Assembly (NCBI GenBank): GCA_964466475.1
Contig: CAYXNB010000001.1
Coordinates: forward strand, 44,635-108,634
DNA length: 64,000 nucleotides
Reading direction: 5' to 3'
From: an uncultured Candidatus Saccharibacteria bacterium
Lineage (GTDB): Bacteria; Patescibacteriota; Minisyncoccia; UBA6257; GWB1-50-10
This document shows, one piece after another, positions 48,501-56,250 of this stretch. The notes under the pieces were generated by a model. It searched no databases and was not told where the DNA came from. It worked only from the letters and a program-made list of their open reading frames with translations. The position numbers and the translations under genes are program-made. Position 1 is the first letter of the stretch; each line of letters opens with the position of its first letter.

Positions 48501-49082
48501 CGCGCCCGCGTTATCCGCGGCGAGGGTGACCGCGATTCCCGATGAAGGAATCACGACGTTTGCCGGAGGCGGAGTTGTGGTTCCGGGAGTTGTCGTCCCC
48601 GGGGTCGTCGGCACTACCACCGCGCTCGCGATGGCATTGCGCGTCAAAGGACCGAAGTAACCGACGGAAGGAGTTACCCCCTTTGCCGCCTGCCACTTGG
48701 CCAAGGCCGCGCGAGTTGCCGGACCGAAGTAGGACGATTCGTTGCCCGGAGATCCCGCACCCGAGGCGGAAACCTGATACCCGTTCGCGTTTAAGGTCTG
48801 CTGAAGGCACTTTACGTCATCTCCTGTTGAACCCAAGGTGAGGTCTCGGGTGAACGAGCAAGAAACAGCGACAGCGCCGCCAGTGGTCCCTCCGGTCTGG
48901 GCCGCAAGTTGTCCCTGGAGCTGCGAAATCAATGCTAATAGTTGGTTGATCTGTGCCTGGAGTTGCTCGACCGTAAGGGTCTGGGCTCCTGCCACAGGCA
49001 CGATTGCAGCCGCGCCCGAGAGCCAGATGGCGGTAGATACCGCAACGCCCACAGACGCAGCCTTTTTCATGAATGTACTCAT
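45588..49082 (-). CDS. Giant repetitive cell-surface protein: signal/TM anchor, coiled-coil, peptidoglycan-binding domain, then about 950 aa of Thr/Ser/Gly-rich beta-repeat modules
   Basis: N-terminus MKKAASVGVAVSTAIWLSGAAAIVPVAGA; PG_binding_1-like GSTGDDVKCLQQTLNANGYQVSASGAGSPGNESSYFGPATRAALAKWQ; repeated modules of pattern K-T-L-T-[LV]-KG-x-[IL]-[DN]; 1164 aa. Confidence 0.7.
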   Translation of the reverse strand: MSTFMKKAASVGVAVSTAIWLSGAAAIVPVAGAQTLTVEQLQAQINQLLALISQLQGQLAAQTGGTTGGAVAVSCSFTRDLTLGSTGDDVKCLQQTLNANGYQVSASGAGSPGNESSYFGPATRAALAKWQAAKGVTPSVGYFGPLTRNAIASAVVVPTTPGTTTPGTTTPPPANVVIPSSGIAVTLAADNAGAGAVPKGASGVKFLKFNVAGTGTLDSLVFKREGIGATTDFVSGSFNLMQGDTRLTSGKTLNSTTHEVSFPGLKLTLNNEVKTLTLIADIAAGSTTGNRNYMKLVSGEGTPAAPTITGVTGNLMEIAGQTVGGLDPTSGAAPANPRIGQKEALLQEIIFTASSTEDVIIEKIAVVETGTIQNEHLSNFKLKVNDETIGTADSIGTKDLITFVLSKPYTIEKGQQRTFKIYGDISGKARANDTIIIRFDTSSDIRAIGKQYGYPVLPTIGGLDADGDADTLTISGGQVTITFNGPIAGDVSLRGQDQTVFDFTLASQNEVEIKNLRFHATTTGLESGEGFMDMKVWDVEKNAVVTSATDVTISTDVTFTDVINMAAGESRRFKVTVDVDADNDDGDDILVSLLAFVSGDIKNLDNNTNVATSDIVPNSTIAGNVQDTRVPTVTVQLASTPTSQTYVRGTQKVPLVGFSFRATGGDVKITSIKTTSTAGSGTLGTGEVQSLALYDGETRVSDTKSLDTDLSTTFSNLNITLKKGETKVLTLKGNIDANATNGDTWRFGLVNSNSTYITATDVDGNSATISGPSGINTTTASVVVTVADVGSITVAKAPDDEDSEAGIVIAGREQTLAKFRFSATNEEMTVNDMQLLVVTSSSATATSTGAADEVPRVKLYDGATQIGTADGYPVTGSGDNSGVVFVDDLGWKVPKNGSKTLTVKGALNTNSGGADSGETVFVSVMAAGFDSQGATAKDTSITAATGNRKVVYKTKPTISLPTQSYNLRSGNAQPVFAFKIDADSAEQISWKKIQLNVAMTDATMSSLSSVPGTTGTITIKRIAPSVSSNLDIASAISGNAVASTTAQNATITGGNSGYVTIILTTAEEIAAGSSKTYEVALPFADLSTAAGASPNASVRLFLTESAVITATTVNGAETSTHDGQPSFIWSDHSVTDTAHSETTADWFNGYYVKDLPSAYKTVSK

Positions 49083-49449
49083 TTTGCTGTAATTTCTGTA
49101 ATTATCGACTTAATGTTTGTTTTTGCTCGACCTTTATGTTTTTCTGCTCCCCTTTTGCCCGCCTTCGACAAGGCGAGAAAAGGGGGGTTGGTAATAAAGT
49201 AATCCTTCGATTTCTCTCAGGATGTTTTAGCCCTTTGTTTTGTAAGGTATGTAGAGCTAAAACAAAAAACTCGCTTTGGAGCGAGGTTTGCACAAATACC
49301 ACGAGTCCCCCGGACTGGTGTTATTTGTGCTTGGACAAGGCCTCACTCCTGTCTTTTGCACAATTTTGCTATTATATCCTACTTTTCAAGTATTTTCAAC
49401 CCTTTTCACTAATTATAACGATGTAACGCGGAGGGGCGTTACAGGATGT

Positions 49450-50028
49450 TTACAGCCCCCAGGAGGTTGTTCCAAGCACGAAAAGGAGAATTACGCTAAA
49501 TACTAGGCACTCTTTGAGGATGCCCTCTCGGCCCAAAGCCCCGCTTCTCGCCTTTTCCATAACCCTCCGTAAAACCAGATAAATGAGAGCCAGGATTGCC
49601 GAGAAACTCACCGGATGCAGGGGGAGAAAGTTCAAAATCCAGGCGATTTGTGCACTCAAAAATGCGGCGCCTCCGGCCAGGCACATATTCCGCTTTTTTC
49701 CGGTTTCCGCGATTTCCGCCTCTTTATAGAGCAGGGTGAAGACGATACCGACCAGAAGCAGGGTGAAGAGCCAGAAATTTTGCGGAGCGCGGAGCGAGGT
49801 GCCGAAAAACGCGGCGAGAAAGACCAGTCCCGTCATTGCCGGTTCCCACTTTTTTCCCTTTTTTATGGTCCAGAACGCGGCGACGCCCGACGCCGCCATA
49901 CCCAAAACACCTCCTTGTACAAGGCAAAATATGCCGGCTCCGGCAAGGAGCGCGTACTTAGACGCCGATCTCCACCCGATTTGCCTTAGCGTCGAACGCG
50001 ATAGTAATTTTTTGGCCTTCTGTAACAT
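49450..50028 (-). CDS. Hypothetical small membrane protein (start uncertain; overlaps clpB 3' end)
   Basis: 4-5 hydrophobic segments; no motif. Confidence 0.3.
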   Translation of the reverse strand: MLQKAKKLLSRSTLRQIGWRSASKYALLAGAGIFCLVQGGVLGMAASGVAAFWTIKKGKKWEPAMTGLVFLAAFFGTSLRAPQNFWLFTLLLVGIVFTLLYKEAEIAETGKKRNMCLAGGAAFLSAQIAWILNFLPLHPVSFSAILALIYLVLRRVMEKARSGALGREGILKECLVFSVILLFVLGTTSWGL

Positions 50029-52597
50029 CTCCTCGTATCAGCTTATCCGCGAGCGCATCCACGATGATTTTTTGGATAAGCCGCTTTATGGGTCTCGCGC
50101 CATATTCGGAGTCAAACCCTTTTTTTGCAAGGTGTGCCTCCACTTCTTTTTGAATATCCAGATCTATTCCCTTTTCTTTCAGCCGCTCCTTTACCTCGTC
50201 AAGCTCCGCGCGGACGATCTTCCGTATGTGCACTGGAGAAAGAGGGTGGAAAATGATGATCTCATCCAATCGGTTCAAAAATTCTGGCTTAAAGGTTTCC
50301 TTGAGGTCTTCTTCCACCTTTGTCCGAAACTCTTCTTCTTTGCGCCTTGCCTCTTTTATTTCTTCCGCGTCACCCCGAAATCCCAGGGACGAAAATTCCT
50401 GAAAATATTCGCTTCCCACGTTCGAGGTTAAGATAATTACGGTGTTTTTGAAGTTTACCAGCTTTCCCTTGGAATCCGTAAGCCGTCCGTTGTCCAGAAT
50501 CTGGAGCAGGATGTTGAATACTTCGGGATGGGCCTTTTCTATCTCGTCAAATAAAATGAGCGAATAGGGCCTGTGTCGCACCACTTCGGTCAACTGCCCG
50601 CCCTCTTCGTGGCCCACATATCCGGGCGGCGACCCCACAAGCCGCGCGACCGCGTGCCGCTCCATGTATTCGGACATATCGATCCGCACCAGCGCTTTTT
50701 CGTCGTTAAACATAAACTCCGCGAGAGTACGGGCAAGATGTGTCTTTCCCACGCCCGTGGGGCCGAGAAACATAAAGGAGGCGAGGGGCTTGCCCGCGTC
50801 CGCGAGTCCTGCGCGGGACCGCTTTAAGGCGCGGGAGACAGCCTCGATCGCTTCTTTCTGCCCAACCACGCTTTTTTCCAGTTCTTTTTCTATTCGCGAG
50901 AGTTTCTGCATCTCGGATTCAAGCATCTTTACCATAGGGATGCCCGTCCAGCGCGCCACAACCGAGGCAATATCTTCCTCATCCACGAATTCTTTGATGA
51001 ATTTATCGCCCCTGGTTTCGCCGATGTATTTTTTCTCGAACGCTTTTACTTCTTTTTCCGCGCGCGGCAATTCGCCGTAGAGAATCTGCGCCACTCGCTC
51101 CAGATTTCCTTCGCGCTCCGCTATTTCGGATTCACGCTTCAGATCTTCCACTTTTTTACGCAAATTATGCAGATTTTCCACGGATATTTTTTCCGCGTGC
51201 CACTTGGCCGAGAGTTCGTCGTTTTCTTTTTTGAAACGGACGAGTTCGCGCTCGACCTCCTCCAGCCGTTCTTTCGCTTTTTTTGACTCGTCGCTCGTGA
51301 GCGCGGATTTTTCTATTTCCAGTTTCGTCATCTGCCTTCTTGTCTTGTCAATCTGGGCGGGCATGCTGTCAGACTCAAGCGAGCGCGCGGCAGCGGCCTC
51401 GTCAATCAAATCCACAGCCTTGTCGGGCAGAAAGCGGTCGCTGATGTACTTTGCCGAAAGGTTTACCGCGGCCAAAATCGCGTTGTCTGAAATCTTCAGG
51501 CCATGGTGCATCTCGTATTTTTCTTTCAGTCCGCGCAAAATGGCAATGGAGTCCTCGATGGTCGGCTCCTCAACGTAAACAGGTTGGAATCTGCGCTCAA
51601 GCGCGGCGTCTTTTTCTATATATTTCTGATATTCTTTAAGCGTTGTTGCTCCTATTGCCCGGAGTTCTCCGCGGGCAAGCGCCGGTTTTAACATATTCGA
51701 GGCGTCTACCGCGCCCTCCGCCGCTCCCGCGCCGACGATCATGTGGATTTCGTCAATGAATAGAATGATCTTGCCCGCGGAATTCTGCACTTCTTTCATG
51801 AATGCCTTGAAGCGGTCTTCAAATTCCCCCCGAAACTTGGTGCCCGCAATAAGCGATCCGATGTCGAGCATCACCACCTCCCTGCCCTTCAGGGATTCGG
51901 GAACTTCTTCCGCGATGATCCTCTGGGCAAGCCCCTCCACGATCGCGGTCTTCCCTACGCCGGGCTCGCCTATCAGGACCGGATTGTTTTTGGTGCGGCG
52001 GGACAATATCTGCATGAGGCGGCGGAGCTCTTCTTCGCGGCCTATTACCGGATCCAGTTTGCCCTCGCGCGCGCGGTTTGTAAGGTTCACCGCGTATTTT
52101 TCAATCGCCTGAAATTTGGACTCCGGCATTTCGTCCGTTACTCTGTTGGCGCCCCGCAGACCTGCCAGCGTGCGCACAAGCACGTCTTTTCTCGCTCCGG
52201 CGCGCATCAAGATTTCGCCCGCGCGCGAGGGTACTTCAACAAGAGAGAGCAGCAGGTGTTCGCAGGAGATGTATTCATCGCGCCCCCGCATGGCTATTTC
52301 CGCGGCCTTATCCAAAATCCGCATAAGTTCGTGGGAAAGATAGAGCTGGCCCACAGATCCGGAGCCGGTGAATATCTTGGGGAGTTTATCAAGTTCCGTT
52401 GCCAAGTCGCCCTCCACCGCCTCGATCGCCACGTTCGAGCGCACGAGCATGGGACGGACCAGGGTGTCGGCCTCATCCAAAAGAGCCCTCAAAAGATGGA
52501 GGGCGCCGAGCTCCCCGTGATTCATGCGGGCAACCATTTCCTGCCCGTTCTGGAGTGCTTCCTGCGCTTTGATTGTAAAGCGGTGAAAATTAGGCAT
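49958..52597 (-). CDS. clpB: ATP-dependent chaperone ClpB
   Basis: 879 aa; N-domain, two AAA+ modules with Walker A (GEPGVGKTA and GPTGVGKTH), long coiled-coil M-domain. Confidence 0.95.
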   Translation of the reverse strand: MPNFHRFTIKAQEALQNGQEMVARMNHGELGALHLLRALLDEADTLVRPMLVRSNVAIEAVEGDLATELDKLPKIFTGSGSVGQLYLSHELMRILDKAAEIAMRGRDEYISCEHLLLSLVEVPSRAGEILMRAGARKDVLVRTLAGLRGANRVTDEMPESKFQAIEKYAVNLTNRAREGKLDPVIGREEELRRLMQILSRRTKNNPVLIGEPGVGKTAIVEGLAQRIIAEEVPESLKGREVVMLDIGSLIAGTKFRGEFEDRFKAFMKEVQNSAGKIILFIDEIHMIVGAGAAEGAVDASNMLKPALARGELRAIGATTLKEYQKYIEKDAALERRFQPVYVEEPTIEDSIAILRGLKEKYEMHHGLKISDNAILAAVNLSAKYISDRFLPDKAVDLIDEAAAARSLESDSMPAQIDKTRRQMTKLEIEKSALTSDESKKAKERLEEVERELVRFKKENDELSAKWHAEKISVENLHNLRKKVEDLKRESEIAEREGNLERVAQILYGELPRAEKEVKAFEKKYIGETRGDKFIKEFVDEEDIASVVARWTGIPMVKMLESEMQKLSRIEKELEKSVVGQKEAIEAVSRALKRSRAGLADAGKPLASFMFLGPTGVGKTHLARTLAEFMFNDEKALVRIDMSEYMERHAVARLVGSPPGYVGHEEGGQLTEVVRHRPYSLILFDEIEKAHPEVFNILLQILDNGRLTDSKGKLVNFKNTVIILTSNVGSEYFQEFSSLGFRGDAEEIKEARRKEEEFRTKVEEDLKETFKPEFLNRLDEIIIFHPLSPVHIRKIVRAELDEVKERLKEKGIDLDIQKEVEAHLAKKGFDSEYGARPIKRLIQKIIVDALADKLIRGDVTEGQKITIAFDAKANRVEIGV

Positions 52598-52602
52598 GAC
52601 GA

Positions 52603-52839
52603 TTACGCGATTGCGAGCATTTTTGACTTTCTCGTGAATTCTCTTATATTTTTTTCTTCTTTTTTGAAGTCGTCAAAACTAAATTCGTAAAAACTTACGC
52701 GCACCATTTCTCCTTTTTTGTCATAGTCAATCACCGCGTTTCCCTGAATGTCCGAATCCGCGCTTTTTTCGTTTTTCACAATTATCGAAAGGACTTTATT
52801 TTTTTTGTCATATTCAATTTTTGGTTTTTTTTGCTTCAT
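52603..52839 (-). CDS. DUF2283-family small protein (putative antitoxin of DUF4258/DUF2283 pair)
   Basis: 78 aa; IEYDKKNKVLSIIV...NAVIDYDKKGEMVRV follows DUF2283 Y-D...D-x-L-x-I...iDyDe-x-G pattern; ATGA-coupled to upstream DUF4258 gene. Confidence 0.5.
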   Translation of the reverse strand: MKQKKPKIEYDKKNKVLSIIVKNEKSADSDIQGNAVIDYDKKGEMVRVSFYEFSFDDFKKEEKNIREFTRKSKMLAIA

Positions 52840-53147
52840 ATATATTTTTTTATTTTTGATGTTTCGATCACCGTAATGATTCTACATGTTTTCCCGCGCC
52901 ATTCTCCGGCTACCAGCAATAATCTTTCTTTCCCGTTCCTCCTGTACAATCTTTTGAATAAGAACCTTTTATTTTCGTCATAAAGTGTTTCTGTCGGAAA
53001 TTCAATGGTCTTTTTTACGTTCTCTTCCATGATTCCGCGCTCTTTCATTCGCGCTTTCGCGTGTGAAGTAATGATATATTTCACTACCCTAGTATACCTT
53101 ATTTTCCTAGAAATTGGAACCCCCCTACAAATCCGCGGGGCGCTCAC
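52836..53147 (-). CDS. DUF4258-family protein (putative toxin component)
   Basis: IITSHAKARMKERGIMEENV matches DUF4258 N-terminal i-x-t-x-HA...R-x-x-eRgI signature; start codon uncertain (GTG alternatives). Confidence 0.5.
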   Translation of the reverse strand: MSAPRICRGVPISRKIRYTRVVKYIITSHAKARMKERGIMEENVKKTIEFPTETLYDENKRFLFKRLYRRNGKERLLLVAGEWRGKTCRIITVIETSKIKKYI

Positions 53148-54429
53148 CGAGACGAATTTTTATTTCTAACACCTGATTTCCCCTCCGTACCTTCAGCGCA
53201 ATTGTTTCCCCCACGTCGTATTTTTGAATTATGGTCGCGAATGATTTTTTCTCTACTTTTTCTCCGTTTACCTCCAAAATAATGTCCTCGGCCCGCAGGC
53301 CCGCACGCGAGGCCGGAGTGTCAGGATAGACCGCGGGTCCCTCTTCGGATCCGCGAAGCACGATGCCGTATTCCACGGGCATACTTTGCTTTTTCGCGAG
53401 TTCGGGCGTGATCGGAACATACCGGATTCCCACATACGGAGTTTTGATGGTTCCTGTTGTTTTTACGGACTGGATGTCGCGCTTTGCCTGATTTATGGGA
53501 ATCGCAAAACCTATGTTTTGCGCGCCGGAGACCATGGCGGTATTTACGCCTATCACCTCTCCCTTCAGGTTCAAAAGCGGGCCGCCCGAGTTTCCGGAAT
53601 TTATCGCCGCGTCCGTCTGGATCAGCCCCTCAATGCGCTCGCTAAATCCCCCGCCGGAGGCGGTAATGTCGCGCGCGAGGCCGGAGACAACGCCGAGCGA
53701 TACGGTGTTTCTGAACTCTCCAAGCGCGTTTCCTATGGCTATGGCGGTCTGGCCGAGCTTTACCGCGTCCGAATCCCCAAGGCGGGCGGGCACGAGCCCC
53801 CGCGTTTCTATTTTTATAACCGCGAGGTCGAGGATCGGGTCGCGGGCAAGGACTTTCGCTTCATGCTTTTTTCCGTCGTTGGTAAAGACCGTGTATTCCG
53901 CGCTCTCGTCCAAGACCACGTGCTTGTTCGTTACGATAAGCCCGTCTTCTGAAATAATAAATCCCGATCCGCCCCCGACTTCCCGTTTTTCCGTTCCTCT
54001 CTGGCAGTTTGTTTCATATTGGAATCCTCCGCCGAAAAAATCCTGAAACTCCGGCGGCAGATCGCCCCAGGGGTTGTACCGGCACCGCTCGATTACGGGC
54101 ACGTCTTTTGATACGGCAATAGAAACAACCGAAGGCGAGGCCTTTTCAACCGCGCTCGTTACGGCCTCTTCATAATCAATCGCGGGTTTGTAGAGAGTTA
54201 CGGGTTTTTGTTCTTCCTTTTGTTCTTTATCCTTAATCCTTGATCCCTGATCCTCCGTGCTTGTCGCCGCGGGCGCGGATATTCCCTTAAAGAAGTTTTT
54301 AATGTCGTCCAGAATTCCGGCTTCCGCCCTATGCGGGAAGAAGCCGTTTATGGCGGCTCCTCCCAGAATTACACTCGCTATAGTTAGAACAAAAAATTTT
54401 CTCAACATGTCGAAAATCTCTAATCTCAA
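53125..54429 (-). CDS. htrA: HtrA/DegP-family periplasmic serine endoprotease with PDZ domain
   Basis: Catalytic triad context VTNKHVV (His), D (LAVIKIE), GNSGGPLLNLKGEVIGVNTA (Ser); C-terminal PDZ; N-terminal signal anchor. Confidence 0.9.
   Translation of the reverse strand: MRLEIFDMLRKFFVLTIASVILGGAAINGFFPHRAEAGILDDIKNFFKGISAPAATSTEDQGSRIKDKEQKEEQKPVTLYKPAIDYEEAVTSAVEKASPSVVSIAVSKDVPVIERCRYNPWGDLPPEFQDFFGGGFQYETNCQRGTEKREVGGGSGFIISEDGLIVTNKHVVLDESAEYTVFTNDGKKHEAKVLARDPILDLAVIKIETRGLVPARLGDSDAVKLGQTAIAIGNALGEFRNTVSLGVVSGLARDITASGGGFSERIEGLIQTDAAINSGNSGGPLLNLKGEVIGVNTAMVSGAQNIGFAIPINQAKRDIQSVKTTGTIKTPYVGIRYVPITPELAKKQSMPVEYGIVLRGSEEGPAVYPDTPASRAGLRAEDIILEVNGEKVEKKSFATIIQKYDVGETIALKVRRGNQVLEIKIRLGERPADL
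54226..54253. repeat. Heptamer tandem repeat (CTTRATC x4) inside htrA coding region
   Basis: ctttatc cttaatc cttgatc cctgatc; encodes DQGSRIKDKE on coding strand; same repeat family as 57168..57200. Confidence 0.7.
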
Positions 54430-54533
54430 AACCCTAATCTCTAAACAATCTCAAATATCAAAACTCAAAAACGTTTTTGACATTTGGGTTTTGAATTTGT
54501 TTAGAGATTAGAAATTAGGATTTAGAGATTATC
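54413..54533. repeat. About 120-bp imperfect palindrome centred on perfect CAAAAACGTTTTTG core, between SIMPL gene stop and htrA start
   Basis: Arms rich in TAATCTC/GAGATTA units: left aaaatctctaatctcaaaaccctaatctctaaacaatctcaaatatcaaaactcaaaaacg, right mirror cgtttttgacatttgggttttgaatttgtttagagattagaaattaggatttagagatta. Confidence 0.7.
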
Positions 54534-55332
54534 GTATCTCGTACGTCAACGTAACGCTCACTTGCACATCCTCGCTTCCGGGCTCGATCGAGGGCGATGG
54601 CGCACTCTCTGCCATGTCCCCTCCCATGCCAAGCGCCTCTCCCTTTGCATAATAGATTGGCGGGTATCCTCCTGCTGATTCATAAATCGAGATTAGTTTG
54701 CCGACGCGAAATCCTCCGGCTTTGGCGATCTTCTCCGCCTTTTTCTGCGCTTTTTCTATGGCCTCGGCGCGAGCGTCGTCCTGCACGCTTGTCGGGTCAT
54801 CAATGGTAAAGTTCAAACTCGAGGCCTGGTTTGCTCCGCTTTTCACCACGCCGGAGACGATGTCTCCTGCTTTCGCGAAATCGCGGATTTTCACGCTCGC
54901 GGACTGGGTGATGGTATATCCCACGATCTTTGGCGGCGGGCAGGGCTCGGCTTTTCGCGAGTCAGCGCCATATATCACCGGGCCGCATGAATAATATTCA
55001 TATCTCGGGTTTACGCTGTACTGGCTTGTTTTTATGTCTTCCTTTTTTACGCCCTGTTCCTTCAAAAAGGCGATCGCCTTATTCATTTTTTCCGTATTCT
55101 CGGTCTGAAGTTCGGCGAGTTTTTCTCCGCCCTCGGTAATGACGCTAAAGGTAAACTCCGCCACGTCCGGCACGCCGGTCGCTTTTCCTTCCGCGCTTAC
55201 GGAAAAACTGCGAAGCGATCCGGGATTAATGGATTTCCCGACCGACCCGGCAATACTCATAATGCCGTACCCGAATGCCAACACTCCCACGATGAGCGAT
55301 ATTCCCAAATAGTTTTTTATTTTTTCATTCAT
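54529..55332 (-). CDS. SIMPL-domain (DUF541) periplasmic protein
   Basis: N-terminal TM anchor; VSAEGKATGVPDVAEFTFSVI...SQYSVNPRYEY pattern of SIMPL/26-kDa periplasmic immunogenic protein family. Confidence 0.7.
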   Translation of the reverse strand: MNEKIKNYLGISLIVGVLAFGYGIMSIAGSVGKSINPGSLRSFSVSAEGKATGVPDVAEFTFSVITEGGEKLAELQTENTEKMNKAIAFLKEQGVKKEDIKTSQYSVNPRYEYYSCGPVIYGADSRKAEPCPPPKIVGYTITQSASVKIRDFAKAGDIVSGVVKSGANQASSLNFTIDDPTSVQDDARAEAIEKAQKKAEKIAKAGGFRVGKLISIYESAGGYPPIYYAKGEALGMGGDMAESAPSPSIEPGSEDVQVSVTLTYEIR

Positions 55333-55445
55333 AGTATTTATGTGATTAAAGTGGCCACTTTGTTCCTCACATATCTATCATACGATAGATTTTTTATTTT
55401 GTAACGCCTTTGAATTTCAAAGGGGGAGACAATGCTCCCCCAAGA

Positions 55446-55658
55446 TTACAACCGAATCGTCCACCCCCGCACAGAGAAGGTTCGCGCCGATGGGCTCCGC
55501 CGCCATCGGCGAATCCGCCACCGCCACGAGGGCGGCTCGACCCACCGCCCGGAATCTTCGTTCCAGATTCCCTCGACGCCAAGCAGGCGTTCCACGAGGG
55601 AAAACGGGAGTTTTGTGAGTTCTCTAATTTCATCGAGAGAGAATTCTTTGTTATTCAT
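55446..55658 (-). CDS. Small hypothetical protein (70 aa), possible HTH N-terminus, Arg/Trp-rich tail
   Basis: Good SD (GAAAGGAG 8 nt upstream); N-terminus FSLDEIRELTKLPFSLVERLLGV resembles short HTH/excisionase-like segment; sits in an atypically GC-rich 200-bp patch. Confidence 0.3.
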   Translation of the reverse strand: MNNKEFSLDEIRELTKLPFSLVERLLGVEGIWNEDSGRWVEPPSWRWRIRRWRRSPSARTFSVRGWTIRL

Positions 55659-55721
55659 AAGAATTCTCCTTTCTTCCTTTGTTAGTTTAACACAACGCTT
55701 TTTGTTTTAGAGAGGTACGGA

Positions 55722-56231
55722 TTATTGCGTAATTTCCGGGTGTTCCGCCAAATACCGGTCTCGTACGAATATTCCGAGAGTCGGCGCGGTATTTTCCATG
55801 CTTCTGTCGCGATTGTTGTACAAAAAAATTTTCAAAAACTGCATGTACGATTTATCATAAAGCGCGTGTATGGATTTAATGGCTGCTGCCTCCACATCAT
55901 ATTTAACTTGTGGATTTTCTCTATCTATGAATTCAAAAAACTCCTTCTTATTCTTTTCGAAGACATTTTCAAAACCGATATTTTTTATGAATTCCCTTCC
56001 TTTTTCCGTTAAATTGAGTGGGCTTAATGTTTGTAGTTCGTTTGGGTCAAATTTTTCGTGATATCGAGTAAGATAATTTGCCACGATTTGAACATTGTGT
56101 TTTATTTTTGTTGTTGTTTTCTCCAATTCGGATAAAATTTGAAGTTTTTTTCCAATATAAATAAGGGCCGTGACTATAGACGGAATTCCGATTGTGATTA
56201 TGATAGTGATTACAATATCCAACCATTTCAT
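55722..56231 (-). CDS. Hypothetical membrane-anchored protein, AT-rich gene
   Basis: 169 aa, N-terminal TM (IVITIIITIGIPSIVTALIYIG); about 38-40% GC vs about 55% in flanks. Confidence 0.45.
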   Translation of the reverse strand: MKWLDIVITIIITIGIPSIVTALIYIGKKLQILSELEKTTTKIKHNVQIVANYLTRYHEKFDPNELQTLSPLNLTEKGREFIKNIGFENVFEKNKKEFFEFIDRENPQVKYDVEAAAIKSIHALYDKSYMQFLKIFLYNNRDRSMENTAPTLGIFVRDRYLAEHPEITQ

Positions 56232-56250
56232 ATATTTATATTATAGCACG

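Noticed and set aside
49083-49450. Known riboswitch or structured ncRNA upstream of the surface-protein gene
   Set aside because: Hairpins are present but I cannot match them to any riboswitch consensus by eye; retained only as a long-leader observation.
55410-55685. Proline/arginine-rich plus-strand ORF (PPRLQPNRPPPHREGSRRWAPPP...)
   Set aside because: Simple-sequence translation of a GC-rich patch with no start context; the minus-strand 70-aa ORF with an SD is the better (still weak) candidate.
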